64,000 nucleotides of DNA, taken from NCBI GenBank assembly GCA_004764695.1, contig SMSO01000031.1, forward strand, positions 6,430,761 through 6,494,760, read 5' to 3'. Source of the DNA: Schizochytrium sp. TIO01. Taxonomy: Eukaryota; Protista; Bigyra: Labyrinthulomycetes. The stretch's first letter is position 1. Each line of letters begins with the position of its first letter. The position numbers were made by a program, and so were the translations under genes. The notes below the pieces were generated by a model. It ran no database searches. It was given only the letters and a program-made list of their open reading frames with translations, and was not told where the DNA came from. This document shows positions 11,479 through 22,633 of this stretch, piece after piece.

Positions 11479-11628
11479 ACACATTTTTTTCTACTCTTTT
11501 CTACACTATGGTACTCTTGCCTGTTGCAAGCAAAATCTTCCCCTCAAGGATTTTGGAACCACGCAATATCCTAATGATGAATCTTGTCGATTAAAAGCAA
11601 AAAGAGAAAATCTCGTTATTGTTGTAAT

Positions 11629-14049
11629 TTACATAAGTGCACAGGTATAAGCACGAAGTTTCTTGCGGCACTGATCTTGTGAGCTTTGGGAAGAAGGCTT
11701 TCGGCGGCTAGCAGATTTCTGAGTCTTGGTCGTCTTGTTTTTTTTGGAACTTGCGACCATTCTCAACATGTCATCAGGTGTATAATCATGATAAACCCCA
11801 GACCCAAGCTTATAATAAGAAGTAATGCACCCCTTTGACTTGTTGAGCTCTGACCCTGAAGGTATTCGGTGAACTTTAAGGAGCAGCTTCAGTGAGTTTC
11901 CCATTATTTGTTCCGGAATAAGACTGCGCACGAATACAGCATTGCCAAAAGCCATTGTACAAATGTAAGCACTCACCTCTGGCGGAATATAATTCCTTGT
12001 TTGCTTCATAAACCCTACAGAGATGGCGACATCTCTGGAGGAATGTTGCAGAAGCCGGCGCATTTGCGCACGTATTATCAGGAATTTGGATCGCCGTCGT
12101 ATAGTGGAGGAATCAATATTTACAGTTTTGGGATGGCGAAGTAAGTCTTCAAGAGCGAGGTTATTTGCAAGCTCCAAGGCACAAGGTTCGCCAGGCGGGG
12201 CTCGTACTGCTGATACTCGCGGGTCTAATAGTAGTTCTTGAAGCACGTCGCGCCTCATGTGTGCAATGTGTCGTCGCAGAAGCAAATTGTCGCATGCTGA
12301 TGGGTCGATTACCTTACTCCGAATGAGGGATAAAGGAAAAGCACCTCTTTCGACACCAATAGCAGCTTTGAAAACACTATCAGCAATTGGATATGCATCT
12401 ACGTCAGTTTGGGATACTATGTAATCGATACACGAGCAGTTTCTGCGATGGCATGCTTCAAGCAAAGCTCTCTGTAGAACTTGTTGGCGTGTCGATGAGC
12501 TCCACACGCCTTTCTTGCTTGGCAAAATTGTTTCTATAAGATATTGCAGCACGTCAACTTTTCCAAAACGAGCCGCAAGAACGATGGCATAGTAATTCCC
12601 CACAGCGGGATTTATCCGATTATCACTTAACAAAGCCTTGATTGGGCCCAGAGCTCCATCTGAAACTGCGTTAAAGAGTGGCAGGTGACTTTGAAATGTC
12701 GGGTCAACTCGTTTGTCTGTAAGGAGAACACGGACCACCTCCTCGGAGTACCGACTGCAGCTGCAGATTACACGCTGGTCAAAGGCACCGGGATCCACGT
12801 GCTGAATGAAAAATAGAATCAGAGATAGATCCCCAGAAGCACAGGCCTCAGCCAGTAGCGCATTCTGTTCCATGCCAGGGTCTAAGCGGCCTGACCTAAT
12901 GAGCCCCTTTATGAATGGTATGTGGCCACGCAAAGCCACACTCCCCTGAAGAGTACTCCACCTCAAGAGCTGTATCACAGCATGTACATCTTTGAGAAAA
13001 CGATAATCATTAACTAAGGGTTGGATACAATGAAGGTTCCCACGAGATAAAGCGATCGTCAACGCGTTTGCAGTTGTGTAAGCATGTGCATCTTCCCCGG
13101 ATGGGAATCTTCCCGTACGCGAACTTATCGTAGTTGGCGCTACCATTGGACTTATACTTGAGCTTGTTTGCAAAAGTAGCCGTATATGACCTACTAAATC
13201 ATGTGAGACGCATACTCGAAGTGCCTCGGATCTACGCGCTGACGAATCGATTCGGCCATCTGCTAAGAGAATTGAAAGTACAGGCAGAGAATACCGGTCT
13301 GCATGACGAATCACAAAATTGTCACATGCGCAAGGGTTTATCCCAGGTACATTAAGGAGTGCTTCTACAATAAGACTATTGTCCCTCGCTGCCTCACAAA
13401 CAGTCTGTATGAGTATGGCCATTGTAATATTGGTCTCCAGCGTGAGGTTCTTGAGTTGCTGAATGCCTTTGAGCAAAAGTAGGATGTCGGCCTTGGATGG
13501 AAACTCGCCTTCCATGGTGGGCATGAGAAGAATTCGCACTGCACGATCTATGACAACCCAGCTGGGTCGACCACGATGCCATTGCGATTTCGATTCTTTT
13601 ACAAGGATGTGCACCGTATCAAGATAGTAATTTGCGCATGATGCAGGGAGTGAATACGGAAGAGCTCGGCGTAGCTTCTTTCGAATTGAACCTGGCCCGC
13701 GCTCTCGATCCCAAATCGTTCGTGCAGGTAGTGAATCAGTGCCGCTATCGAGTTGCGCAGTAAGTACACGCTGAAGGCAGTCCCGTAGAAGCTCTTCATA
13801 AGAGCCGCGGCTAAAAAAGCTAGCCGTCTTTGGTGGTCTTACATATTTTAGGATCAGCTCTATGATTTTCTTTTGTCCGTATAAGCAAGCTGTGCGCAGA
13901 AAGAGGTGCCCCTGTGTATCTATGGCGATTCTCCATTTGTTCAGGTTATCCATAAAAGCAGAATGGTGCCCTTGTGTAAGTATATACAGTAGCTTTTTCC
14001 GCTTTTCACGCGCAGAGATGGACTCTGCGCGAGCAACTCGAATGATCAT
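11629..14049 (-). CDS. Ankyrin-repeat protein (D-x-R-V-D-P-S-A-type repeats); 5' end uncertain
   Basis: 806-aa ORF with repeated PGINPCACDNFVIRHA, DGRIDSSARRSEAL, SGRLDPGMEQNALL, DKRVDPTFQSHLPL, DNRINPAVGNYYAIVLAARFGKVDVLQYL. It may extend upstream through a +1 break at the C5 run (14066-14070). Confidence 0.75.
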   Translation of the reverse strand: MIIRVARAESISAREKRKKLLYILTQGHHSAFMDNLNKWRIAIDTQGHLFLRTACLYGQKKIIELILKYVRPPKTASFFSRGSYEELLRDCLQRVLTAQLDSGTDSLPARTIWDRERGPGSIRKKLRRALPYSLPASCANYYLDTVHILVKESKSQWHRGRPSWVVIDRAVRILLMPTMEGEFPSKADILLLLKGIQQLKNLTLETNITMAILIQTVCEAARDNSLIVEALLNVPGINPCACDNFVIRHADRYSLPVLSILLADGRIDSSARRSEALRVCVSHDLVGHIRLLLQTSSSISPMVAPTTISSRTGRFPSGEDAHAYTTANALTIALSRGNLHCIQPLVNDYRFLKDVHAVIQLLRWSTLQGSVALRGHIPFIKGLIRSGRLDPGMEQNALLAEACASGDLSLILFFIQHVDPGAFDQRVICSCSRYSEEVVRVLLTDKRVDPTFQSHLPLFNAVSDGALGPIKALLSDNRINPAVGNYYAIVLAARFGKVDVLQYLIETILPSKKGVWSSSTRQQVLQRALLEACHRRNCSCIDYIVSQTDVDAYPIADSVFKAAIGVERGAFPLSLIRSKVIDPSACDNLLLRRHIAHMRRDVLQELLLDPRVSAVRAPPGEPCALELANNLALEDLLRHPKTVNIDSSTIRRRSKFLIIRAQMRRLLQHSSRDVAISVGFMKQTRNYIPPEVSAYICTMAFGNAVFVRSLIPEQIMGNSLKLLLKVHRIPSGSELNKSKGCITSYYKLGSGVYHDYTPDDMLRMVASSKKNKTTKTQKSASRRKPSSQSSQDQCRKKLRAYTCALM

Positions 14050-14949
14050 GATCTCCCACTCGTCTCCCCCGCATGCAAAACCTTAGCTGCGTGGCTTTGA
14101 TCCTGGCCGCAGTGCAGGTGGAGCCAAAGAGCAGCAGCTGCTTTTGCAATCGTGGTTTGGGTATTCTCTTTGCAGCAGTGCTTTCCAATAAAGCTTCTGG
14201 GCATTCGTACTCGCTTTGAGCCTAGTTTGGTCCCGCTCAGCGCGACTTGAAGCTCGCAGGTTTCTTTGGGGCTTACGATCCCTGGGTGAAGTCTACTTCT
14301 GCCTGGCAATTACGGTCTGCAGCCCTCTCAGACCAAGTGAGTGCGCAGAATCTAAATCCCTCAAGATCGAAGAACGCGCAGTTCCAGGCTTTGAGTAGTT
14401 GTCAACGTTTTTGGGTCGTCCCTCGAGTCTGTTTGCTGGTGTAGTATCTTATAGCAGCTAGTGTTTCCGCGTTAGATTTCTCCTGCTCCAGGACCACTTG
14501 CGGGGTTACTACAACAAGTCGAACAGAAACAAATCGCGTCAGCGGGGCCGGTCTTCGCGTCAAGTTCTGATGCCGACGCGTCCAGTCTCCTCGATCCCTG
14601 GCCCAAGCCTCCTGCACCAGCGGTCTCTGCCTCGTTGCAAAGTTCTTTTTCTCTGGGAGTTCTTTTCGACGTCGATTCCATTCCTCGGTTCTTTCACTTT
14701 GACGCTGTATCCTTGGAAAAGCAATTTCTTCACCGGGTCAAGTGGGTCTGCGAACTCAGGGGCCCCAAAGTCACAAACGCCGAACTCAACTTCGATCATC
14801 ATTTGAGCCTTCGCGTAAGTTGTTGCAGCGCTATTGAGGTGCATTCTGGAGAGATTTTCAGGGCAATCTAAGAATGGATCTCGTTCTTGAAAGCTTCCTG
14901 TGCAGTGCACTTTTGACTGCGGATCTGTGATTTGGTGCAGAAAGGAACT

Positions 14950-15290
14950 GGGATGAGGTTTGTTATTTTACTTTTTATTTACATGATATTACTTTTTTCT
15001 TTCTTTTTTCTTTTTTTAATTTATAAAAAATAAATTGAAAATAAATTAAAATTAAAATTGAAGGTTTAAGTTCTATCTATTATAATTTATTTTATTTATT
15101 TTTTAAATAAAATTGCTTTGTTTTTTATCGTTTTATTTTATTTTATTTTATTTTATTTTATTTTATTTTATTTTATGGGTAAGCTTTATATAGCTATAAG
15201 TGTAAGTAGTAGTAGTTTTCAGTTTTTTTAGTTTTAAAATAAATTAGACTTTTATAAATAAATACTTTAGAAATAATTACTTGTGATATA
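14950..15290. repeat. Extremely AT-rich low-complexity tract including (TTTTA)n at ~15131-15175
   Basis: Read directly; lies between divergent genes. Confidence 0.85.
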
Positions 15291-15755
15291 TTGGGCGAAC
15301 CAATGTATGAATCTAGTCGAAGCGCGATTTATGGTTGTACGATTGCAGTGACTGACATTTCGAGTCATCTATTTTGTTGAGGACGTTTGATCATTTCCTG
15401 TCGCCACAAATATCTTACGATAATGACGTCTTCTGGAGACCGCGAACCCCTTCTACGAACCTACTGACGATTAACAGGGACTCTTATGGTTTATGGTAAA
15501 CGCATAATTTGCCTCGGCATGCGCTCATACATAAAAATAAGAGCTCAGAAAACCGAGACATCAAAACCACAATACCTGTATTGCCTCCACGTAGCCAATG
15601 TATACGGGGGGGGGAAGACAACTCGAGCAAAACTCCTCCAAGGCTTGCATATAGACCTTGACGTCATGTGTTGTCCTTGAGCGCATCAGGAGCACTGGTG
15701 GCAGTTTCTAATGTAATTTCTGCTTCCTTTCATTATGATTGGGTGAAAGTGAATA

Positions 15756-15791
15756 AATGAATGAATGAATGAATGAATGAATGAATGAATG
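15756..15791. repeat. (GAAT)n microsatellite
   Basis: Tetranucleotide run read directly. Confidence 0.9.
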
Positions 15792-15967
15792 AGAGATGCA
15801 CTATGCAACATATTCATCCATACCAAAATTGAAAGTGAGCTGAGAGCGACTTCGCCTTCTACTACTTGGAGATCCAGTGCAGGTGCAACATTGGCGGTGG
15901 CTGAGATCTCTCTGACACAAGGTGCTTTCTTGGAGAGAGGTCCTGTTATTTTAAAGTAGAGGGAACG

Positions 15968-16853
15968 ATGCTTCGTGGTTCGACGGCGGGGCTCAAGTAT
16001 AGCGCAGGCCAAGCTCTGCGTAAGTCTTGTGCAGAGCGTAGTGTTCGATTTTGCGAGCTGCATGCCGATGATGCAACCAAGCACTTTGTGGATACTGCTC
16101 CGGTGGCCACACCATCTCAATCTCTTGCCCACAGGTTTTTGGCAATGGTAATGAGCTACTATGATGCAAATGCAACCTTGGGAATATACCCTTTGCACTT
16201 GTTCTCGCGAGATCAATGGACTCAGCTCCTGCACGAGACCACCGATCGATCGAAATTCCCGCAAGGATTTCAACGTGCGCTTGACATTGGTGCGGGAGAT
16301 GGCAGCATGGCACAAACGCTTCTTATGCCAATTGCGCACGAGATTCATGCCACAGAGACGTCCAAAAAAATGGCAGCTCTTGCCCGTGAAAGGGGTGTAG
16401 ATTGCCACGATGTAGATCTTACTGCCGCGAATTTCCAATGAGAGCACCCTCAAGGGCCCCTTCGACCTCATTACCGTCTTCAATGTCCTAGACCGGACGA
16501 ACCGACCCCGCACGCTTCTCGAGAAGGTCTCAGGGTTGCTAGCATCTGATGGAATTTGCGTCATTGCATCGCCGCTTCCCATGCGCCAGGTTTGTTTCGA
16601 AGGCGCGAGACGGAAGAAACCCGAGGAAAGTCTCCCTCTTCCGGATACTAAATCGCCAGCTCTCGCCGCTTATGCAGGGGAAGATGTCTGGGATGCCTAC
16701 GCTTATTCGTTCATGTTCGAATTCCTAAAAGAGCAAGTCCCCGATCTTAAAATTGAGGGATTTACGCGGCTGCCTTATTTGTCGAGTGGAGACTTCTCGG
16801 AGCCCCTCGTCAAATACGATGACATTGCTGTTGTGCTCTCAAAAAGGAATTGA
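15968..16853 (+). CDS. METTL9: METTL9/DREV-family protein-histidine methyltransferase (~294 aa), interrupted by one +1 frame break near 16432-16436
   Basis: First frame: YDANATLG...HLFSRDQW, SAM motif I LDIGAGDG, ATETSKKM. The +1 frame continues FDLITVFNVLDRTNRPRTLL and ends with FTRLPYLSSGD...YDD, all typical of METTL9. Confidence 0.8.
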
Positions 16854-18477
16854 GCGGGCGTAATTTGTATGCACAAAATCTGCAAACTGTTGCTGCACGG
16901 ACACTGACTGACACTAACTGATCTCTTGACGGTGTGTATTGGTCTTTGTTTGTCGACTTGTCTTTTCTTTTTTCCTTTTGTTTTAAATGCACAAAGCATA
17001 GGCGGGCATTTGGCATTGGCTTTATCTGTGTGTTCTTTTTGCTCAAAGTACAGGGTATTGCACCTTCAGTCCAGCCCATCTTCATTTATTCGAGATAGAT
17101 GCTGAGCGAAACCTACATTGAACTTTGATGGATTTCCGCTTGTTGGCTTAATTGTTGTGCCTCATCACGCCTTTTACGTGGGTTCACTCGATATTTATCC
17201 TGAATGACCGAGGTGTCTTACAATGGCGGTGATGCTTAAGCACTGAAATGCATACCCTGGTCATTTCGACCCAACCAACCTGAAGATCCCACGGGCAAGC
17301 TTTATGCCTAAGAATTCACGACACTCATAATCCGCACTCGAGCACTGAAGAAGCTGGAGCGCCGCACCCTTTACTTGAGCATAGGTTTTGCGAAATAGCA
17401 AACCCCAAACCGCTCCATCATTCGCTATCGTAGTACCTCTATAGTACCTCTATTGGAGGTACATATGCCACACATACTTTCTTCGACGTCACCCAAAACC
17501 ACTCCTACAGTTTCCCTTATAAACTCCTATCAGCGCGCAATGGTCTCTAAATTCGCCTTTGGGCGGGAATCTCTGCGTGGTCCTGCATCTCATACAAGTA
17601 TTCGCTGGCGCCTTGGCTGGCCTATGTTTTAGAGTAGACGAGGGCCTAAAGGGCTGTGGAGCCCGTAGTTCTGGAGCCCGTTCTAAGCGACAGCGTCGGC
17701 GACTCGCAGGTTTGTTGTGATAGTTCTTCGATGATTCTCGAGAAGACAGAAGGTATCGAAGCGCGTGGCGAAGCAAAAGCCTCGAGGAGCTTCGCAAGAA
17801 CGTAAGCACCATGCAACGCATCTTGGTAAGTGGCTTAGGGCGCTGCGGTGCCCCGGCCAAGCGGCTTTCCATTGGCTCCACCCGTCGAAGTGAAGGACTT
17901 GGAGACAGAAGGAAACAAGAACAAGAACAAGAACGAACAGAACGAACAGAGAAAGAACAGAGAAAAGAACAGAGGAATAAGTTCCTCGCGATGGGAAAAA
18001 TCCGACTTCTTCACGCCCCAGTGCGGCCCAAGAGGAGAGCCGTAAACTTTAAGCAGAATCTTCCCCTCACACCCCCTCCTAGCGCGACTGACCCAACCCC
18101 CCCAACTTGGCTCGTTCCCTCACACCGCAGCCCCCTCCTGCGACCCCCCAGCTCGGCAACCTGCCCCCTCTCAACGCACAAGAGTACCCCCACACCTGCA
18201 GTGCCGTCCCCTCGCGCACTGCAACCTAGGCACGCCCAGTGGGGCTGAAGGGGAAGCAGCTCCGCCTGGCACAGAAGCTGCTCTGTTTGGGCCCCAGAGG
18301 CGGCCAGAGGCAGAGGGGGAGGAGCGGCCAAAGCTAACCCAACCCTAGTTAAACCTAACCCGAGCCACGAGAGCGCGTCGTTCCTGAGCGGCGCCTTTCT
18401 CCAATTTTCGCTCGCGCGGAGGCCGCTGGCGCGCGACCGGCTGCGCAAGAGTGGCACGGAGCCGCCACAGCGGCAGC

Positions 18478-21400
18478 ATGGACCCCCTCGCGGCGGCACC
18501 CGCCGCTGACACCCCCGCGGCCGCCCCTGCAGCGGCGGCGGAATCGGCGATGACCGCGAATCCAGGCCCGAACTGCCAGCAGGCCGCCCCCGCCAGCCCC
18601 GAGGCCGCTGCCGAGGGCGGCGCCGCGGGGGCCGGGGCGGCGCCCGGGGAGGCTGGCCAGGCTCCCGGCAAGCCTCCGGCCGCCCGCGCAGACAGCGGCG
18701 CAGGCAGCGGAGCGGCGCAGGACGGAGGAGCGGCGAGCGAGGGCCTCGCCGCGGGTCCTATAGATTCTGGTAGGGAGGATGCTAAGAGTGCTGCGATAAT
18801 GACAGAGGGTGCCACGAAGCAGGACGGGTTCCGCGACGGTTCTGCGGGAACCGGCGATGTGGAGGCTAAGGCGGAAGCAGAGGGTAAGGGAGAAGCAAGT
18901 GGAGACATGAATAATGCAGCAGCAGCAGCAGAGGGTGCTGAGCGGCAGGAGGGAGCAGGCGTGGTGGATGGTGATGAAGACGACGACGATGATGAGTTTG
19001 AGGAGTTCATGCCGGCGACGGTACCAGCGCACGCTCGCGTGGAGCTGCTGGTGAGGCTGTTTCCGGGTATTTCGTTCGTGCAGAGACTACAGCAGAGCCC
19101 GACGAAACGGAGACTGGTGGAGGCAATGCCACCGCATGAGTTTGAGAAGCTTGTGATGGTTGTGCAGTCTCGCACGCAAGGGTACAGGAAGAGGTGTGTG
19201 GAAATCCGCAGCCTCGCGCAGGTGGCGTCGCTCATCAAGTCGTCCAGACGCATCCTCGTGCTTACGGGGGCTGGAATCTCAACGAGTTGCGGAATTCCAG
19301 ACTTTAGATCCAGCCACGGAGTATACTCCATGCTCGACGGTTACAAGCTCAAGGACCCGCAGGACCTATTCTCCATCCACTATTTCCGCAGAAACACGAA
19401 GCCTTTCTACGACTTTGCGCGGAAACTCTGGCCTGGAACTCATGAACCAGCTCCCACCCATTACTTCATCAAGCGTTTGGAGACTCATGGGCACCTTCAC
19501 CGCAATTATACTCAGAATATCGATACCCTTGAGTGTGTTGCAGGTATTGAGCGTGTCTTGCAATGCCACGGCTCGTTTGCGACGGCTACATGTACACGCT
19601 GCAAATATCGATGCGAAGGAGACCGTATCAAGGATGATATCATGAACAAGCGGGCACCCGTCTGTCCACGCTGCGCTCAGAGCCCTCCCTCGTCCTTAAT
19701 GGAAGAAGTGGTCATGCGCGACCCAAGCATGCGTGCCTTTCGTTTCGGAGGTGGTCGCTCCAACTCTATCTCCAGCGAGAGCGATCTCGAGTCGGACTTA
19801 GGCCTTCGTGGATCTCCCAGTCACGCCGCACAAGCACGCGCCCAGGCTTCAGCCAGTGCTTCTAATCATCATAGCTTGTCTACTGCCCCGAACTCTGGGT
19901 CAACTCCTGAAGCAGAAGGCCAGCATGTTCCTCAGCCCGAGCCCTTTTCTGCCCCGGCCTCGATAGAAGAACGCAATAGCACGGTCTCATTGTCGGGCCC
20001 GATAGCTGGAACTCAGAACTCAACCTCTGCTGTTGATTCAGCTCATGTGTCAGAGGCACAGCCGAAAATACGGCCCACTGTGGCAGTGAGTACCTCTGCT
20101 GCCGCTGCACATCGCGCCATCGGAGGTAGCCATGGTCATGGAAGCTCCTTTGAGCCGGATTCCCCATTTGCCTCTTCTGCAAAGAAGGTGTTTGGCAATA
20201 ACGCTGGTCACCATCAGCCTTCTGGTCTGCAGCACAGCTCAGGCTCTTTGAACAAGCAACAAAATCAACAAGGTAAGGATCAATCGAAGCGCCCTGGAAT
20301 TAGGACAAACAGTCTGGCTTCTGATGGTGACCCGATGGTACCGCCAAGTCCAACCTTGTCCCAACTAAGTCGGTCTAACAGCCTCAGCTCTCTAGCAACG
20401 CCCCGCGCAAACGTTCTGTCTCGTAGCTACCATCGCTCTGCGGCAGAAGCAGCAGATAGTTCTTCCAAGCTGCAAACGCAGAGCGATGACTTTGATACTA
20501 TCAAGTCAGAGAAGGATGCTTCTTCCTTGGCTGCAGTGAAGGCCGAGGCAAGTTTGCTCCCCATGGACATGGCCCAGGATATGGCTAGTAAGGAGGCCTT
20601 GTCTACTGCCGACGAAAATGGTCACGTCGATGACGATAACACTAACAATAATAACCTCTTGCCCTCTGACGTTCAAGCTTTGTATGCTGCACATGGTAAT
20701 CAGGATGATGACCCAAAGGGAACGGGCCTTGACCCAATGCCTGTGCAAGCGACACCAGAGGAACATATGCCCCCTACAGAGATTACAACTGCAAGGCCAC
20801 ATGGAGGCGCTTCCGCAGATGTTTCTATGGGATCCTTTTCCTCTTCTGTTTCTTCTGCCGCTGCCATGCCTCCAGTGGCGCCACCCGCTAACGATAACGG
20901 ACCTACTGCCATGGAGATCTCCAAGCCTTCTCAATCCCAAGAGCACGAGCACGTAGATCGTGCTGAGGAAAGCCACCGGGAGAACAGCACGGATTCCCAT
21001 GCTGAATTTGATGTGGCCAAGGACGGCGACTTGTTAGAGGATGAACTTCCTTTCGTGGATGAAATGTTTGACAAGGGTATCATGAAGCCTGACATTGTCT
21101 TCTTTGGCGAATCCCTACCGAACGAATTCTTCGACTGTATCGAGGAAGACGTTCGACTTTGTGACATGGTTATCGTGCTCGGCACAAGTCTTAAGGTTGC
21201 ACCTGTGTCACGAATTATCGAAATGGTTGATCCTGAAATCCCGCAGATTCTCATCAATCGCGAGGTTGTTGCCCAGCCTCACCAGTTTGATGCAGAACTT
21301 CTTGGCAATTGTGATGCTGTGGTCGCAGCTCTTGCTCGGGAGCTCAACTGGGATCTGCCTGGTGTTGCGTCCCCGAGCAATGAATCAACAGGTGAAAATG

Positions 21401-21789
21401 ATGGCGAACCTGATGATGATGCAGTTGCTAATGAAGAAGGTGAAGATGTTACCGGAGAACCTACAGCTTACCGGCAACACGAAAATCGTCCGCATCGGTT
21501 CTTGTTCCAAGGTGCTTATGAAGACTCTGATGATGAAGAGGATTCCGACGAGGATGATTCTGATCTAGAGAATGGCGAAAATGATGCCTCAGATGAGTCA
21601 TCGTCTTCGGACGAGGAGAACAACGAGGCCCAAGAACTGGGACCCGATATGGTTGCCCGAGACCGTGCGGAAGGTTCAATGTCATCCATTGATCAAGAAC
21701 TTGGTGACAAACGCCCTCCCAAGGCTGGCTTGGAGGGCAGCCCAAAACGAGCTCGAATGAATGGTTCCTTCAGCAATACTATTGAGTGA
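18478..21789 (+). CDS. SIR2: Class I NAD-dependent deacetylase (Sir2/SIRT1-like) with large insertion in the Zn-binding domain
   Basis: GAGISTSCGIPDFRS, YTQNIDTLE, QCHGSF, CTRC...CPRC, then after ~467 aa GIMKPDIVFFGESLP, GTSLKVAPV, PQILINRE, LGNCD. First ATG at 18478. Confidence 0.92.
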   Translation: MDPLAAAPAADTPAAAPAAAAESAMTANPGPNCQQAAPASPEAAAEGGAAGAGAAPGEAGQAPGKPPAARADSGAGSGAAQDGGAASEGLAAGPIDSGREDAKSAAIMTEGATKQDGFRDGSAGTGDVEAKAEAEGKGEASGDMNNAAAAAEGAERQEGAGVVDGDEDDDDDEFEEFMPATVPAHARVELLVRLFPGISFVQRLQQSPTKRRLVEAMPPHEFEKLVMVVQSRTQGYRKRCVEIRSLAQVASLIKSSRRILVLTGAGISTSCGIPDFRSSHGVYSMLDGYKLKDPQDLFSIHYFRRNTKPFYDFARKLWPGTHEPAPTHYFIKRLETHGHLHRNYTQNIDTLECVAGIERVLQCHGSFATATCTRCKYRCEGDRIKDDIMNKRAPVCPRCAQSPPSSLMEEVVMRDPSMRAFRFGGGRSNSISSESDLESDLGLRGSPSHAAQARAQASASASNHHSLSTAPNSGSTPEAEGQHVPQPEPFSAPASIEERNSTVSLSGPIAGTQNSTSAVDSAHVSEAQPKIRPTVAVSTSAAAAHRAIGGSHGHGSSFEPDSPFASSAKKVFGNNAGHHQPSGLQHSSGSLNKQQNQQGKDQSKRPGIRTNSLASDGDPMVPPSPTLSQLSRSNSLSSLATPRANVLSRSYHRSAAEAADSSSKLQTQSDDFDTIKSEKDASSLAAVKAEASLLPMDMAQDMASKEALSTADENGHVDDDNTNNNNLLPSDVQALYAAHGNQDDDPKGTGLDPMPVQATPEEHMPPTEITTARPHGGASADVSMGSFSSSVSSAAAMPPVAPPANDNGPTAMEISKPSQSQEHEHVDRAEESHRENSTDSHAEFDVAKDGDLLEDELPFVDEMFDKGIMKPDIVFFGESLPNEFFDCIEEDVRLCDMVIVLGTSLKVAPVSRIIEMVDPEIPQILINREVVAQPHQFDAELLGNCDAVVAALARELNWDLPGVASPSNESTGENDGEPDDDAVANEEGEDVTGEPTAYRQHENRPHRFLFQGAYEDSDDEEDSDEDDSDLENGENDASDESSSSDEENNEAQELGPDMVARDRAEGSMSSIDQELGDKRPPKAGLEGSPKRARMNGSFSNTIE

Positions 21790-22633
21790 TAGATAGATGA
21801 ATTGACATGACATCGACCCCAGCATATGTGTTTACGTCGTTTCTTTTTAGAGGCAAGTAATGGAGATTTGGGAGCAAAATGATGTGCATGCTATAACATA
21901 GGTGATAGTTCTCGCTCTTGTTTTCTGCCCTCTCATTGAATGCATGTTTCCCGTTCAACTCTTGTCTCTAAACCTAACTTCTTTGTTTCTGTGTCCTACA
22001 ATGCTGCTCGTTTCGGTGCATTTATTCATGTGCTGAAGAGAGCGAGCGTGCATAAGTTTTGCCTTGACGGTTTTGGGAAGCTCGAGGGGCGTGAGGAGGA
22101 ACTGGCATACACCGTTACTGCAATGTCACTGCAAGGTGCAGTGTAAGTCTTGAGCAGTACAAAGATTACAGCAAAACCATCAACCTTTCTTAGCCAAATC
22201 ATCTGCACAATGGCACAAGAATTAAAAAACAAAACTAAAAATAATAAAATTAAAAAAAAAAATGTTCACCTGCAATTGAATATACAATACTGATGTATTT
22301 TCCGTGGCTTGACATGGCTTTCTCGATAGGGCTCGTAAAGAACATTTCTCAACTCTTGATTAAAAGGTTCTCGCGCTGCTGTTCCATATACCTACCTAGC
22401 AAAGTCAGATTATATTTTGTGTTGAAGGTCCGAGAGAAGCAAGGGTTATTTCTCACCATCACCATCAAGATCTGCATTGCAACATTCAAGCTTATTATAA
22501 GCCAAATGTAATAATTCTATAAACTTCATACTTTCATCAAACCTGATCTCGAACAGTCATATTTTAACCATGCACAACTCTACAGCAAACAAAAGCAGAT
22601 CAAAACTAACAGGATATAGTGATATTGACTTAT

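Noticed and set aside
15686-16582. 298-aa minus-strand ORF
   Set aside because: Antisense to METTL9 and runs through a (TCAT)n microsatellite (IHSFIHSF); no homology signal.
15968-16853. Calling the frame-broken genes (METTL9, IQ, ARM, Ero1-reductase) pseudogenes
   Set aside because: Each has only isolated one-base insertions, intact motifs and no other decay, which fits assembly error or recoding better.
17060-17175. Possible minus-strand C/D box snoRNA (GTGATGA ... CTGA)
   Set aside because: No terminal stem and no recognisable rRNA-complementary guide; such boxes arise by chance.
18011-19331. Long antisense ORFs (328 aa, 225 aa, 162 aa) over the sirtuin 5' end
   Set aside because: Shadow ORFs of very GC-rich, stop-poor coding sequence; no domain signal.
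19675-21075. Intein in the sirtuin
   Set aside because: No Cys/Ser start with His-Asn end, and no Hint or LAGLIDADG motifs; the composition is low-complexity.
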